The position numbers and the translations under genes were made by a program. This document shows, piece after piece, positions 38,859 to 47,957 of a stretch of 64,000 nucleotides of DNA. This stretch comes from a bacterium (lineage in GTDB: Bacteria; Bacillota; Clostridia; Lachnospirales; Lachnospiraceae): positions 17,175 through 81,174 of the forward strand of contig JAQYOU010000022.1 in the NCBI GenBank assembly GCA_028727105.1. The letters run 5' to 3'. Under the pieces are notes generated by a model. It worked only from the letters and a program-made list of their open reading frames with translations, was not told the DNA's origin and did no database searches. Each line of letters begins with the position of its first letter. The first letter of the stretch is position 1.

Positions 38859-41561
38859 ATGAGTAAACAAAAACCGGTGTATGCAGTGGGGCTTCGATGG
38901 ATCCTGCTACTGCTGTTATCGGTATGTCTTTTCCGGCCGCTGTCTGTGACTGCGGATGAAACGGATTTCTATCATGAAGGTCTGAAATTTGATTCCAATG
39001 GAAACCTTTTAATGACGACAAGGGATAAAAAGGCGGGCAGCAGTGTACGCTATAAGACGATCGGCTGGATGGTAAAAAAAACGCCGCAGGCCACCGGAAG
39101 TACACAGACGATCCGGCTAAAGCTGGAACAAAACGGTGAATCCCGCCCCGATCCGAAAGATCCGAACTATATCTATACGTATTTTAAATGTGAAAAGGAG
39201 CTGATCTTTGCAAAGATCGGAGCTGCCTCTGTAGAATGGCAAAGAGAGCTGTATGTAAACGGCGGAACGGTCTATCTGGATGCCATCATGACGGTAGTGG
39301 AAAACGGCAAAGCGCTGGGTTCCATGGATGAGGCCGGTCTTCTGTACGGCGAAGTGTACACAACCGCCGCTGGGATCATGAACGCAAGAAACTGGGCGGA
39401 TGCCCAGGCGCTTCGCACGCATTACAATAAGGCAGTTTCCTTTCCACCTCTGCCGGAGCTTATCATAACGGAAGGCGGCAGGGATGATGAGGAAGAGCTG
39501 CCCATCGCGTATGGGGAGGAAGCATGCAGGGAGAGTAATTCCGTCCGGATCCGGGCAGCTACAAAGGAGCAGCCGGCATTTGATGTGACAAAGGGGATCC
39601 CCACCGGGGAGGATCTCTATGCGACCGGAGAGCTTCAGAAGTTCTATTATGAAGGGGTGGTCCGTCATTGCTTTGGTACGGCGTCTGTTCCGGTTGAGCT
39701 TTCTGTGACATACACCTATCAGATTGCCACGGAAGAAGGGACGACGACCGGATCCTTCACAACAACGATGACTTACTACGTAGAGCGTCCGTATTCCTAT
39801 TACCGGATGAAGACGTTAAAGCTATATGCATTAGATCAGATTGCTGTAGAAAATGAGGCACTGCCGGTGACGCCGCTCGTGCAGAAGAATCTTTATACAC
39901 CGCAGGTTGTCTTGGTGCAGGACAGAGGCAGTTATTTGGAGATCCCCACATACGCAACCTCTGTATATGGCGGCGATCTGTCTGCCGGAACATGTATCAG
40001 CAGTGAGCAGCTGCAGCAGATCGCACAACAGACAGCCGGAGATGTGTGGGTGCGAAACGATGAGTTTTTGATCGATGGGGAAACGGTGCTGGATGGGGCG
40101 TATGTGAGAGCGTCTGCCCCGGAGCCTGTGCGGCTGTCCGGTGCCAGGCTGCAGTCATTTTGCAGTGAGGATCTGACCATTCCCCATACGAAGCGGAATG
40201 AGACGTATGACACGTATGCGGTGGCATCCTACCGGGAGGTGATAGGCGGTGGTGCGAAAAAGAAGGTGGTGAAGCGGACAAATCCGATCGTGGTCCACAC
40301 ACCGGTTGTATGCAAGGGAGGCATAACGGATGACAAAGCCCACAATCAACAGGTGATACCAACTAAAAATTTCAGCCTGGTGCTGGGAAGGAATTTTGCT
40401 GTGGGAATCTCTACGGTTGGAACTCATAAGGATCAGAAAGGTTATGGGACGGGGGATTACGAGAAATATACAGCTTTGCGACAGATCCGCTTTCCCTTTG
40501 AAGTGTATGACGGGTCTGTGCGTCATGAAAAGGATACGTGGATCAATCTGCCGGCGGAGCAGAAAAGCTTTTATCTTCCGATTGGCGTGCATGAGGGAGA
40601 TTACCGGATCCGCTATCGTACCATCGCAAAAAATGCCGCTTCCATGCAGGGCGGCATGGACCGGAATGGCTATCTGGCAAACCTAAAGCTGTCGGAGTAC
40701 GGGGCATATGATGAGCTGACGGTAACGGTGATCGGCCGTCTGTATGATCTGGCGATCACAGATATCGTGGACTATCCCCGCTGGCGCAGTGTCTTTTATG
40801 AGACAAGCGGAAGAAAACGGGAGTATGCCTTTTGGGTTGGAAAAAAGAATCTGGAAGGTGATGTGTTCCCGGAGCGTATGTCTTACGGTACGATACCGGT
40901 TTTGCCCGGAGACCATCCCTTTAACCGGTCTGCCCGGGCAGTGGGGCTTGGTTATCGGGTGAAATTACAGCTTAAGACCATCGGGGATCTGCGGGGCAGA
41001 GAAGATTTCATCGGATTCATTCCTACCTATTATTATTTGTCACGGGATGGAAGCAGGCGGCAGCAGGTGAACCTGTATCAAAAAAAGGATCTGACCAAGG
41101 TTTATGTACCGTTGGTGTTGACGGCTTCCTGCCGAAGCTTCGTTCCGGTCGAGCGGCGCAACGTGTCAGATCCGGTTTTGCGCGCGCAGTCTGTGCAGGT
41201 GTGGAACGGGGAATATCAGCTTTCACCGGATCTGTGCCTGGTGGATGCAGACATTGATCTGGACAGCTATATCCGGCAGCGGGGCGGACGGATCAGTCAG
41301 CGCGATCCGGTGTTTCTTCGTGACGGATATCTGCTGGTGCAGTTTGAGCTGCGCTCGTATCCGGCAGGTATGGCACATCTGAGTTATGCCAACACGCAGA
41401 ACTATGCCCGAGGCTATTGCAACATGTGGCAGCTGCAGGGATTTTTGTATGATCGCAGGGACTGCTTCGGCAATCGTTTTGCCTTTGCGGACGGCGACTG
41501 CCTGTTGTTCGACACAAAGTATAGCCTTCATAGTGACTATGAAAGCTGGGGAACGCACTGA
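38859..41561 (+). CDS. large secreted DUF5704-like protein
   Basis: signal peptide; FDVTKGIPTGE, NPIVVHTPVVC, VIGRLYD..ITD..W and C-terminal GTH. Confidence 0.8.
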   Translation: MSKQKPVYAVGLRWILLLLLSVCLFRPLSVTADETDFYHEGLKFDSNGNLLMTTRDKKAGSSVRYKTIGWMVKKTPQATGSTQTIRLKLEQNGESRPDPKDPNYIYTYFKCEKELIFAKIGAASVEWQRELYVNGGTVYLDAIMTVVENGKALGSMDEAGLLYGEVYTTAAGIMNARNWADAQALRTHYNKAVSFPPLPELIITEGGRDDEEELPIAYGEEACRESNSVRIRAATKEQPAFDVTKGIPTGEDLYATGELQKFYYEGVVRHCFGTASVPVELSVTYTYQIATEEGTTTGSFTTTMTYYVERPYSYYRMKTLKLYALDQIAVENEALPVTPLVQKNLYTPQVVLVQDRGSYLEIPTYATSVYGGDLSAGTCISSEQLQQIAQQTAGDVWVRNDEFLIDGETVLDGAYVRASAPEPVRLSGARLQSFCSEDLTIPHTKRNETYDTYAVASYREVIGGGAKKKVVKRTNPIVVHTPVVCKGGITDDKAHNQQVIPTKNFSLVLGRNFAVGISTVGTHKDQKGYGTGDYEKYTALRQIRFPFEVYDGSVRHEKDTWINLPAEQKSFYLPIGVHEGDYRIRYRTIAKNAASMQGGMDRNGYLANLKLSEYGAYDELTVTVIGRLYDLAITDIVDYPRWRSVFYETSGRKREYAFWVGKKNLEGDVFPERMSYGTIPVLPGDHPFNRSARAVGLGYRVKLQLKTIGDLRGREDFIGFIPTYYYLSRDGSRRQQVNLYQKKDLTKVYVPLVLTASCRSFVPVERRNVSDPVLRAQSVQVWNGEYQLSPDLCLVDADIDLDSYIRQRGGRISQRDPVFLRDGYLLVQFELRSYPAGMAHLSYANTQNYARGYCNMWQLQGFLYDRRDCFGNRFAFADGDCLLFDTKYSLHSDYESWGTH

Positions 41562-41596
41562 TCGTCCGGCTTGCCGGAAAGGTGTTAGGAGGAACA

Positions 41597-42088
41597 ATGA
41601 AATACAATGTATCGCTGATAGAAAAAGCCATTTTTGGAAATAAACAGAATATTCCTTGGAATGATGTAGAACAATATTTGAAACAATATATCGGACAAGA
41701 TTTCATTGTAGAGGAATCACAGGATGTTATACATATTGCTAGCAACTTTCCAGACGAATATACAGAATCAAGGTATACGAAAAAACTTCGCGGTGCATTA
41801 GCAAAAGTCAAGGCAAATGCTGCACAAATTATTGGCTTAATGATACAAAATGCAGTCAATAGGCGATGGGTTGAAAACATGGATGATAAGCACAGAAAAG
41901 ATGCTTCTGAAGGCTGGTATCGTTATGATACTTATTTTGGTATGATTGTCCAGGGAAGCGGGGAAAGGGAAAAGAGATTAAATCTTTATAGAGCTACTCT
42001 TGTAGTTCGAAAAACATCTCAAGGTTTATTTCTATATGATGTTATAAACATTAAAAAAGAAGCGAGTACGCCGCGTGAGTCAAAATGA
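41597..42088 (+). CDS. AT-rich LPD3/BECR-like putative RNase-fold protein
   Basis: AGGAGG RBS; FPDEY..S, KANAA, H.K....GWYRY and LYDVINIKKE motifs; composition differs sharply from flanks. Confidence 0.6.
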   Translation: MKYNVSLIEKAIFGNKQNIPWNDVEQYLKQYIGQDFIVEESQDVIHIASNFPDEYTESRYTKKLRGALAKVKANAAQIIGLMIQNAVNRRWVENMDDKHRKDASEGWYRYDTYFGMIVQGSGEREKRLNLYRATLVVRKTSQGLFLYDVINIKKEASTPRESK

Positions 42089-42113
42089 CTGTACGGTAGA
42101 AAACCGCTTCTTT
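42053..42113 (-). ncRNA. putative ~60-nt antisense structured RNA
   Basis: follows a minus-strand TTGACA-17-TATGAT promoter; AAAGAAGCG/CGCTTCTTT closing stem, inner AGTCA-TTT-TGACT hairpin, U-tail. Confidence 0.55.
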
Positions 42114-42119
42114 CTTGAT

Positions 42120-42148
42120 ATCATACAAGGATATTATAAAAATGTCAA
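42120..42148 (-). promoter_or_regulatory. antisense sigma-A promoter
   Basis: TTGACA (42148-42143), 17 nt, TATGAT (42125-42120). Confidence 0.75.
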
Positions 42149-42174
42149 GCAATTATATAAAAACTGCTAGAAGT

Positions 42175-42702
42175 TTAGATCATCGCATACGCCAGTACAA
42201 CGCTCATTATGACCCCGGCGAGGGTTGCGAGCAGCGCGCAGGGCAGCGTCCAGCGGGTTTTGCGGATCTTAACAGACATGAAGTAGACGGACATCGTATA
42301 AAAGACGGATTCCGTACAGCTGAGCATGATGGAGACACCGAGCCCCTGCAGAGAGTCAGTTCCGTATTCCTTAAAGATGTCCAGAGCCAGCCCGGTGGCG
42401 GCGGAGGAGGAAAACAGCTTGACAAAGGCGACAGACAACAGTTCTGCCGGAAAATGAACCAGCTCACACAGCGGTGCGAGCAGTTCGGCGAACCATCCCA
42501 TGAAGCCGCTGGCGCGCAGAATACCGACTGCAACCATCAGCCCGATGAGTGTCGGGAGGATCTGCACAACGATCTTTAAACCGCGCACCGCACCGTGGAT
42601 AAAGGTGTCGTAAATATTGCAGCCTGTTAATAATCCATAGCCAACGATCACAAAGATGAATAATGGAATGATTGCATCGGACAAAAAAAGTAAAAAGGAC
42701 AT
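42175..42702 (-). CDS. spmB: spore maturation protein B
   Basis: YDTFIHGA..GL, PTLIGLMVAVG.LRASG, TESVFYTMSVYF, KTRW. Confidence 0.9.
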   Translation of the reverse strand: MSFLLFLSDAIIPLFIFVIVGYGLLTGCNIYDTFIHGAVRGLKIVVQILPTLIGLMVAVGILRASGFMGWFAELLAPLCELVHFPAELLSVAFVKLFSSSAATGLALDIFKEYGTDSLQGLGVSIMLSCTESVFYTMSVYFMSVKIRKTRWTLPCALLATLAGVIMSVVLAYAMI

Positions 42703-42730
42703 ATGCTGCTCCATAGGACTGCACTCTGTA

Positions 42731-42769
42731 TTAGTATATGAACCATCACAGGTGAGGTGCATATACTAA
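42731..42769. promoter_or_regulatory. palindromic bidirectional sigma-K-like promoter
   Basis: both strands read AC-N16-CATATACTA. Confidence 0.6.
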
Positions 42770-42855
42770 AGAAAAATCGTAACTGCTGCAAACCGGAGAA
42801 AGCACTTGTTGAGGAGTTTCATTCGGAGAGTTGCGGGAGCAGACAGGGAGTATCT

Positions 42856-43434
42856 ATGAACTATCTTTGGGGAATCATGATCGTGATCGGAGTGATCTTT
42901 GGCGCGTTTCATGGGGGATTTGGACAGATCACCGAGGCAGCAGTGGCTTCAGCTAAAGAGGCTGTCAGCCTGGCAATCGCAATGGCAGGTGTCATTGCCA
43001 TGTGGACAGGGCTGATGGAGATCGCACAGGAGACGGGAATGCTCTCGGCCTGTACAAAAAGACTTCGTCCGCTGTTAAAATTTCTCTTTCCGGGACTACC
43101 GCAGGAGAGCCGTGCAAACGAATTGATCGCAACGAATTTCATCGCAAATATCTTTGGACTGGGCTGGGCAGCGACACCGGCGGGACTGGAGGCGATGCAG
43201 GAGCTGAAGCTGCTTTCCGGCGAAAAAAAAGAGACAGCCAGCCGGGAAATGTGCACATTCCTTGTGCTGAATATATCTTCCCTGCAGCTCATACCGGTAA
43301 ATATGATCGCCTACCGCAGCCAGTACGGCAGTGTAAATCCGGCAGCGATCGTCGGCCCCGGGATCGTGGCGACACTTGTGAGCACGTTGACGGCGATCAT
43401 ATTATGCAAAGTGATGTGCGGCGGACAGCGATAA
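42856..43434 (+). CDS. spmA: spore maturation protein A
   Basis: MNYLW, WTGLM, ANIFGLGWAATPAGL.AM, FLVLNISS. Confidence 0.92.
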   Translation: MNYLWGIMIVIGVIFGAFHGGFGQITEAAVASAKEAVSLAIAMAGVIAMWTGLMEIAQETGMLSACTKRLRPLLKFLFPGLPQESRANELIATNFIANIFGLGWAATPAGLEAMQELKLLSGEKKETASREMCTFLVLNISSLQLIPVNMIAYRSQYGSVNPAAIVGPGIVATLVSTLTAIILCKVMCGGQR

Positions 43435-43591
43435 GCGTTTCTGATGAATGACGGAAATATGTGGTGTATTGTAACAAAAGTGCAGAGGTGTTCTGAAACC
43501 TGTTTCTTGCAAGATACGGGAAAATAGTCTATGATAAGGGCATATACAGTGTTACCGGAAATCGGCAGTTACGGCAAAGGAGGCAGGATGT

Positions 43592-44320
43592 ATGTCAGAG
43601 GCAGTTGAACAATTTTTACAGATGGTAAAGGATTCGGACAATATCGTATTTTTCGGTGGGGCGGGCGTTAGCACGGAAAGCGGAATACCGGATTTTCGCA
43701 GTGTAGACGGATTGTATAACCAAAAGTATGACTATCCGCCGGAGACGATACTCAGTCATAGCTTTTATATGGCGAAAACAGATGAATTCTACCGTTTTTA
43801 CAAGGATAAGATGCTTTGCCTTGATGTGAAGCCGAATGTGACCCATGAAAAGCTGGCGCAGCTGGAGGCAGTGGGCAAGCTGAAGGCGGTGGTTACCCAG
43901 AACATTGACGGACTTCATCAGGCAGCAGGTTCAAAACGCGTGCTGGAGCTGCATGGCAGTGTGCACCGTAATTACTGTCAACGATGTGGGAAGCTGTTTG
44001 ATGCACGTTATATTTTAGAGTCACCTGATCCGGTGCCGGTCTGTGATGCGTGCGGTGGCAGGATCAAGCCGGATGTAGTGCTCTATGAGGAAGGCCTGGA
44101 TGACCAGACCATGAGGGATGCTATTTATTACATCAGTCATGCGGACATGCTCATCATCGGAGGCACATCGCTGGCGGTGTATCCGGCAGCAGGTCTCATC
44201 GACTATTATCGCGGAAACAAGCTTGTGCTGATCAACAAATCTGCGACGCCGATGGACAGCCGTGCGGATCTGGTCATTCAGGAAGGGCTTGGGGCAGTTT
44301 TTAGTAAGGTTGAGGTGTAA
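43592..44320 (+). CDS. cobB: Sir2-family NAD-dependent protein deacylase
   Basis: GAGVSTESGIPDFR, TQNIDGLH, ELHG, CxxC..CxxC, GTSLAVYPA. Confidence 0.93.
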   Translation: MSEAVEQFLQMVKDSDNIVFFGGAGVSTESGIPDFRSVDGLYNQKYDYPPETILSHSFYMAKTDEFYRFYKDKMLCLDVKPNVTHEKLAQLEAVGKLKAVVTQNIDGLHQAAGSKRVLELHGSVHRNYCQRCGKLFDARYILESPDPVPVCDACGGRIKPDVVLYEEGLDDQTMRDAIYYISHADMLIIGGTSLAVYPAAGLIDYYRGNKLVLINKSATPMDSRADLVIQEGLGAVFSKVEV

Positions 44321-44322
44321 TC

Positions 44323-44505
44323 ATGGAATATAACGTAGGAGATATCGTTACATTAAAAAAGGGACATCCATGCGGCAGCCATGACTGGAAGATCCTGCGC
44401 GTCGGCGCGGATTTTAGGCTGGAGTGCTTAGGCTGCGGACACCAGATCATGATCGCAAGGAAGCTGGTGGAGAAGAACACGAAGGGATTAAAAAGCGCTG
44501 AGTAG
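44323..44505 (+). CDS. DUF951 (YyzM-like) protein
   Basis: GDIV.LKKGHPCG..W...RVGAD....C..C. Confidence 0.9.
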   Translation: MEYNVGDIVTLKKGHPCGSHDWKILRVGADFRLECLGCGHQIMIARKLVEKNTKGLKSAE

Positions 44506-44590
44506 CAGTTGGTGTTACAGCCTTTCGAGCCAAAACTGTAAATGATATGATGGTGGATCAGTGTATTTGCAAATTTTTGTAGAAAATCCC

Positions 44591-44619
44591 TTGCAAAACC
44601 GGAAAAAACATGGTAAAAT
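44591..44619 (+). promoter_or_regulatory. sigma-A promoter of rpsF operon
   Basis: TTGCAA-17-TAAAAT with extended TG. Confidence 0.75.
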
Positions 44620-44638
44620 GCCATCTTGTGAACTATGT

Positions 44639-44692
44639 TTCCTTGCTCACTCCAAAATCGAGAGGTGAGTGGGCCAGAGACCAAAAGGAGGT
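44639..44692 (+). promoter_or_regulatory. probable S6:S18 ribosomal leader RNA
   Basis: TCCTT..GCTCAC/GTGAGT stem and ..CC-AAAAGGAGG pairing directly before rpsF. Confidence 0.6.
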
Positions 44693-44699
44693 AAAAACG

Positions 44700-44990
44700 A
44701 TGCACAATTATGAATTAGCACTCATTGTGAATGCCAAGATCGAAGACGAAGTCAGAACCGCTACTGTGGAGAAGGCAAAAGAGTACATCACTCGCGCAGG
44801 CGGAACAATTACTGATGTTGAGGATTGGGGCAAGAAGAAGTTAGCTTATGACATCCAGAAGATGAGCGAAGGCTTCTATTACTTCATTCACTTTGATGCA
44901 GAGGCTACTGCTCCGGCAGAGATTGAAAGCAACGTCCGCATCATGGACAACGTTCTTCGTTTCTTGTGTGTTAGAACTGACGAGAAATAG
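44700..44990 (+). CDS. rpsF: 30S ribosomal protein S6
   Basis: YE.., WGKKKLAYDI, VLRFL. Confidence 0.97.
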   Translation: MHNYELALIVNAKIEDEVRTATVEKAKEYITRAGGTITDVEDWGKKKLAYDIQKMSEGFYYFIHFDAEATAPAEIESNVRIMDNVLRFLCVRTDEK

Positions 44991-45004
44991 AATAGGAGAA
45001 CCGA

Positions 45005-45451
45005 ATGAATAAGGTTATTTTGATGGGTCGTCTGACCCGTGATCCTGAGGTACGTTATTCTCAGGGCGAGAATGCAATGGCAGTTGCAAGATATACGTTA
45101 GCAGTAGACCGTCGCGTAAGCCGCAATAATCAGAACGGAGAGCCCACCGCTGATTTTATCCAGTGTGTAGCATTCGGCCGTTCCGGTGAATTTGCAGAGA
45201 AGTATTTCCGCAAGGGAATGAAGGTAGTTGTGACGGGCAGAATCCAGACAGGCTCTTATACCAACAAGGACGGACAGAAGGTATATACCACGGACGTTGT
45301 TGTGGAGGATCAGGAGTTTGCTGAGAGCAAGGCTGCCAGCCAGAATAATGGCGGTGGATTTGTTCCTGCTGACAGACCGTCACCCAGCGATGCAGGGGAC
45401 GGCTTCATGAATATCCCTGATGGTATTGATGAAGAATTACCGTTTAACTAA
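45005..45451 (+). CDS. ssb: single-stranded DNA-binding protein
   Basis: MNKVILMGRLTRDPE; acidic C-terminus DEELPF. Confidence 0.97.
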   Translation: MNKVILMGRLTRDPEVRYSQGENAMAVARYTLAVDRRVSRNNQNGEPTADFIQCVAFGRSGEFAEKYFRKGMKVVVTGRIQTGSYTNKDGQKVYTTDVVVEDQEFAESKAASQNNGGGFVPADRPSPSDAGDGFMNIPDGIDEELPFN

Positions 45452-45508
45452 CAAAAGTTTCTTGAACTGTGGATGTTCAAGATGAATCAAAATAGGAGGT
45501 AGAGAGCT

Positions 45509-45769
45509 ATGCCTTACAATAAGAGTGACAGAGACGGCGCTCCCGCAAAGAGACGCCCGATGCACAGAAGAAAAAAAGTATGTGTATTCTGTGGAAAAGA
45601 TAATGTAATTGATTACAAGGATACCAACAAGTTAAAGAGATATATCTCTGAGAGAGGTAAGATCCTTCCCAGAAGAATTACCGGAAACTGTGCAAAGCAT
45701 CAGCGTGCACTGACCGTTGCTATTAAGAGAGCACGTCACGTAGCATTGATGCCCTACGTTCAGGACTAA
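45509..45769 (+). CDS. rpsR: 30S ribosomal protein S18 (Zn-binding form)
   Basis: [25 protein letters not shown]. Confidence 0.97.
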   Translation: MPYNKSDRDGAPAKRRPMHRRKKVCVFCGKDNVIDYKDTNKLKRYISERGKILPRRITGNCAKHQRALTVAIKRARHVALMPYVQD

Positions 45770-45779
45770 GATGAAGTTA

Positions 45780-45816
45780 AAAAAAGGACTTCTGCATATC
45801 GCAGAAGTCCTTTTTT
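45780..45816. terminator. bidirectional terminator
   Basis: AAAAAAGGACTTCTGC-ATATC-GCAGAAGTCCTTTTTT. Confidence 0.9.
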
Positions 45817-45853
45817 CTCTGTTGATGAATGATTGTATCAGATGCGCGATCTT

Positions 45854-46780
45854 TTAAATTCCAAGAAGCTGTCGTTTTTTTGCGTTGAATTCTTCTTCCG
45901 AAAGGATGCCCTGATCCATCAGAGCCTTGTAGCGCTGGATCTCCTCCACGGCATCTACCGGAGCGGCAGCTGTGTTTGCGCCGGGAGCCGCGGACATTCC
46001 GCTACCACCGAAAGCATTATTTACAACCGTCTCAGGTGCGCCCGGGAAAGCGATCTTCATGAATGACCTTGCCAGATCGCCCATGACCTTTGCTTTTTCT
46101 TCGTAGCTGTTAAGGTAATCTTCTACATAGGGATTGCTGTTGTCAAAGGTAGGGCCGCCCATATCTGCCTGGAAGAAATCCCAGTAGGGATGCCCTTCAA
46201 GCTGAATCTCGATCACAAACTGTTTGAACGGCTCAGGGATGTCAAACATGATACCGGGATGATAACTGTCATCACCACGCTCCCGGCGCAGACGCTCACG
46301 TTCGCGTTCAAGCTCCAGCTGCATCCGGTAATGCTCCAGCTGAGGGCCAAGCTCTCTGGCTCTGTCCGGTGCAGTGCTGACATAACACCGCAGACCATTT
46401 GCATCACCTTCAAACAGAGGGAAGTCATCTTCTCTGATGACAAAAGATCTCACATACTTACCTTCAAAAATCGTCTTGTTCAGGTTTTTATCCATACAAA
46501 AGTACTGATTTTTATAATCAAATAAGAACTTGGTATCAAGCCAGCCGAAATCAATCTTCTTTGAAACCTCAAACTGTGCCTTCCGCTCGGCATTTTCCTC
46601 ACGAAATGCCATATACTCGCGAAAATCCTCGATTGACATCCGATTTTCAACACCGTCCGGAAGATCTGTTACTCCGTGACAATCGTTACAGACAAGCTGA
46701 CCGTCGATCTTCCAGGGAAAAATAGCCTTTACCTTGCCCCCGCATATTGCGCAGGGGTCTTTTTTTGTGAATAATCCCAT
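45854..46780 (-). CDS. DUF4428-like zinc-ribbon protein with C-terminal SHOCT domain
   Basis: MGLF..CAIC..CNDC; EIQRYKALMDQGILSEEEFNAKKRQLL. Confidence 0.85.
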   Translation of the reverse strand: MGLFTKKDPCAICGGKVKAIFPWKIDGQLVCNDCHGVTDLPDGVENRMSIEDFREYMAFREENAERKAQFEVSKKIDFGWLDTKFLFDYKNQYFCMDKNLNKTIFEGKYVRSFVIREDDFPLFEGDANGLRCYVSTAPDRARELGPQLEHYRMQLELERERERLRRERGDDSYHPGIMFDIPEPFKQFVIEIQLEGHPYWDFFQADMGGPTFDNSNPYVEDYLNSYEEKAKVMGDLARSFMKIAFPGAPETVVNNAFGGSGMSAAPGANTAAAPVDAVEEIQRYKALMDQGILSEEEFNAKKRQLLGI

Positions 46781-46825
46781 GATTACCTCCTCCTAAAATA
46801 AAAACAATAATAATGAAATAAAAAC

Positions 46826-47371
46826 TTATCTTATAATTGGCATATCCGTTTCATCTGTAGCTTCCAGATATTCTCTCTCTTGAAAGCCAAAGATACCGAC
46901 AAGCAGCGATGTAGGGAATAGTCGAAGCTCACGGTTCAACCGGGTCACATGATCGTTGTAGATCAGTCGGCTGGTGCGTAGCATTTTTTCATAATTTTCT
47001 ATTGCGTTCATGCACTTGGTATAGTTGCCGTTGGCTTTCAGCTCCGGATATTGTTCTGAAATCATGGAGATGCGTCCGAGAATTTCGGAAATCATTTTTT
47101 CCTGTGCTATAACATCTTCCGGAGTAGAAACAACAGAAATAACACTGCGGCGGGACTTGATCGTTTCGATTAAGATGTTACACTCATTGGCAGCGTATTC
47201 TTTTGTGAGATTAAGCAGTGCAGCCAACGCGTCAAAGAGCGAGGAGAGCTGGACACCGATCTGTTTCATGGCATGATTGACATTCTCATTCATTCCCACC
47301 AGTCGCCGGCGAACAGTAACGCCCCATAAGACAAGAACTGCGATGATTGTGAAACCGATGATCATATACAA
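46826..47371 (-). CDS. LemA family protein
   Basis: N-terminal TM; I.VQL, EQYPELKAN, YND.V..LN....FPT.L....FGF. Confidence 0.88.
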   Translation of the reverse strand: MYMIIGFTIIAVLVLWGVTVRRRLVGMNENVNHAMKQIGVQLSSLFDALAALLNLTKEYAANECNILIETIKSRRSVISVVSTPEDVIAQEKMISEILGRISMISEQYPELKANGNYTKCMNAIENYEKMLRTSRLIYNDHVTRLNRELRLFPTSLLVGIFGFQEREYLEATDETDMPIIR

Positions 47372-47389
47372 AATCCCCCATTTATATAC

Positions 47390-47421
47390 AAAAAGGCAGA
47401 TGCTGAAGACCGCATCCGCCT
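47390..47421 (-). terminator. terminator between lipoprotein and lemA
   Basis: AGGCGGATGC..GCATCTGCCT followed by TTTT on minus strand. Confidence 0.6.
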
Positions 47422-47465
47422 CAGTTTCTTTGTAGAAGCAATGACTGCTCAGATATGTAACTGAA

Positions 47466-47795
47466 TTAAATACCTAATTCGGCTTTGGCATCTGCAACCC
47501 ACTCATCAACGGTGCCATACCATGCGATCATCTCATTGAGCTGTTCTTCATCAAGCTCTGTATCGCTTTCCAGCAGTTCCTTGTGCTGGTTTAATACGTT
47601 TGCCATTTCGATCATGGCGTCGATTACTTCCTGATCATATGCATCAGGATTTTCATTAATCACAGCAGCCACTTCGTTAAAGGCATTGCTGCTCTTGTTG
47701 AATGCATCGATAGCGGGCTGCTTATCCGGACCGCCGCAGGCAACTAAGGACATGCACATGATCAAAGCCAATAAAAGTGAAGTGATTTTTTTCAT
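47466..47795 (-). CDS. small acidic helical lipoprotein
   Basis: MKK..SLVA-C lipobox; AGGAGG RBS. Confidence 0.88.
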   Translation of the reverse strand: MKKITSLLLALIMCMSLVACGGPDKQPAIDAFNKSSNAFNEVAAVINENPDAYDQEVIDAMIEMANVLNQHKELLESDTELDEEQLNEMIAWYGTVDEWVADAKAELGI

Positions 47796-47839
47796 TTTTC
47801 GTTCCTCCTATGTTTTATTTAGTCGTTTGACCTGCACAT

Positions 47840-47909
47840 ATTGTAAACGCTCCCGTTATCAAACGGGAGCGTTTTGCACGAATCGAACCGAATATGTACT
47901 AAATCGACA
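47840..47909 (-). promoter_or_regulatory. LytTR-type box family 1 promoter
   Basis: CGATT-N4-CA x2 at 21-nt period; TACAAT 40 nt after the start of the second repeat; internal palindrome 47845-47874. Confidence 0.75.
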
Positions 47910-47957
47910 GTTTTTATCTTCTTGGAGAAACAGTCGGCGCCGGGTGCGTTCTTGAAA

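Noticed and set aside
42115-42579. 154-aa plus-strand ORF
   Set aside because: Antisense shadow of spmB
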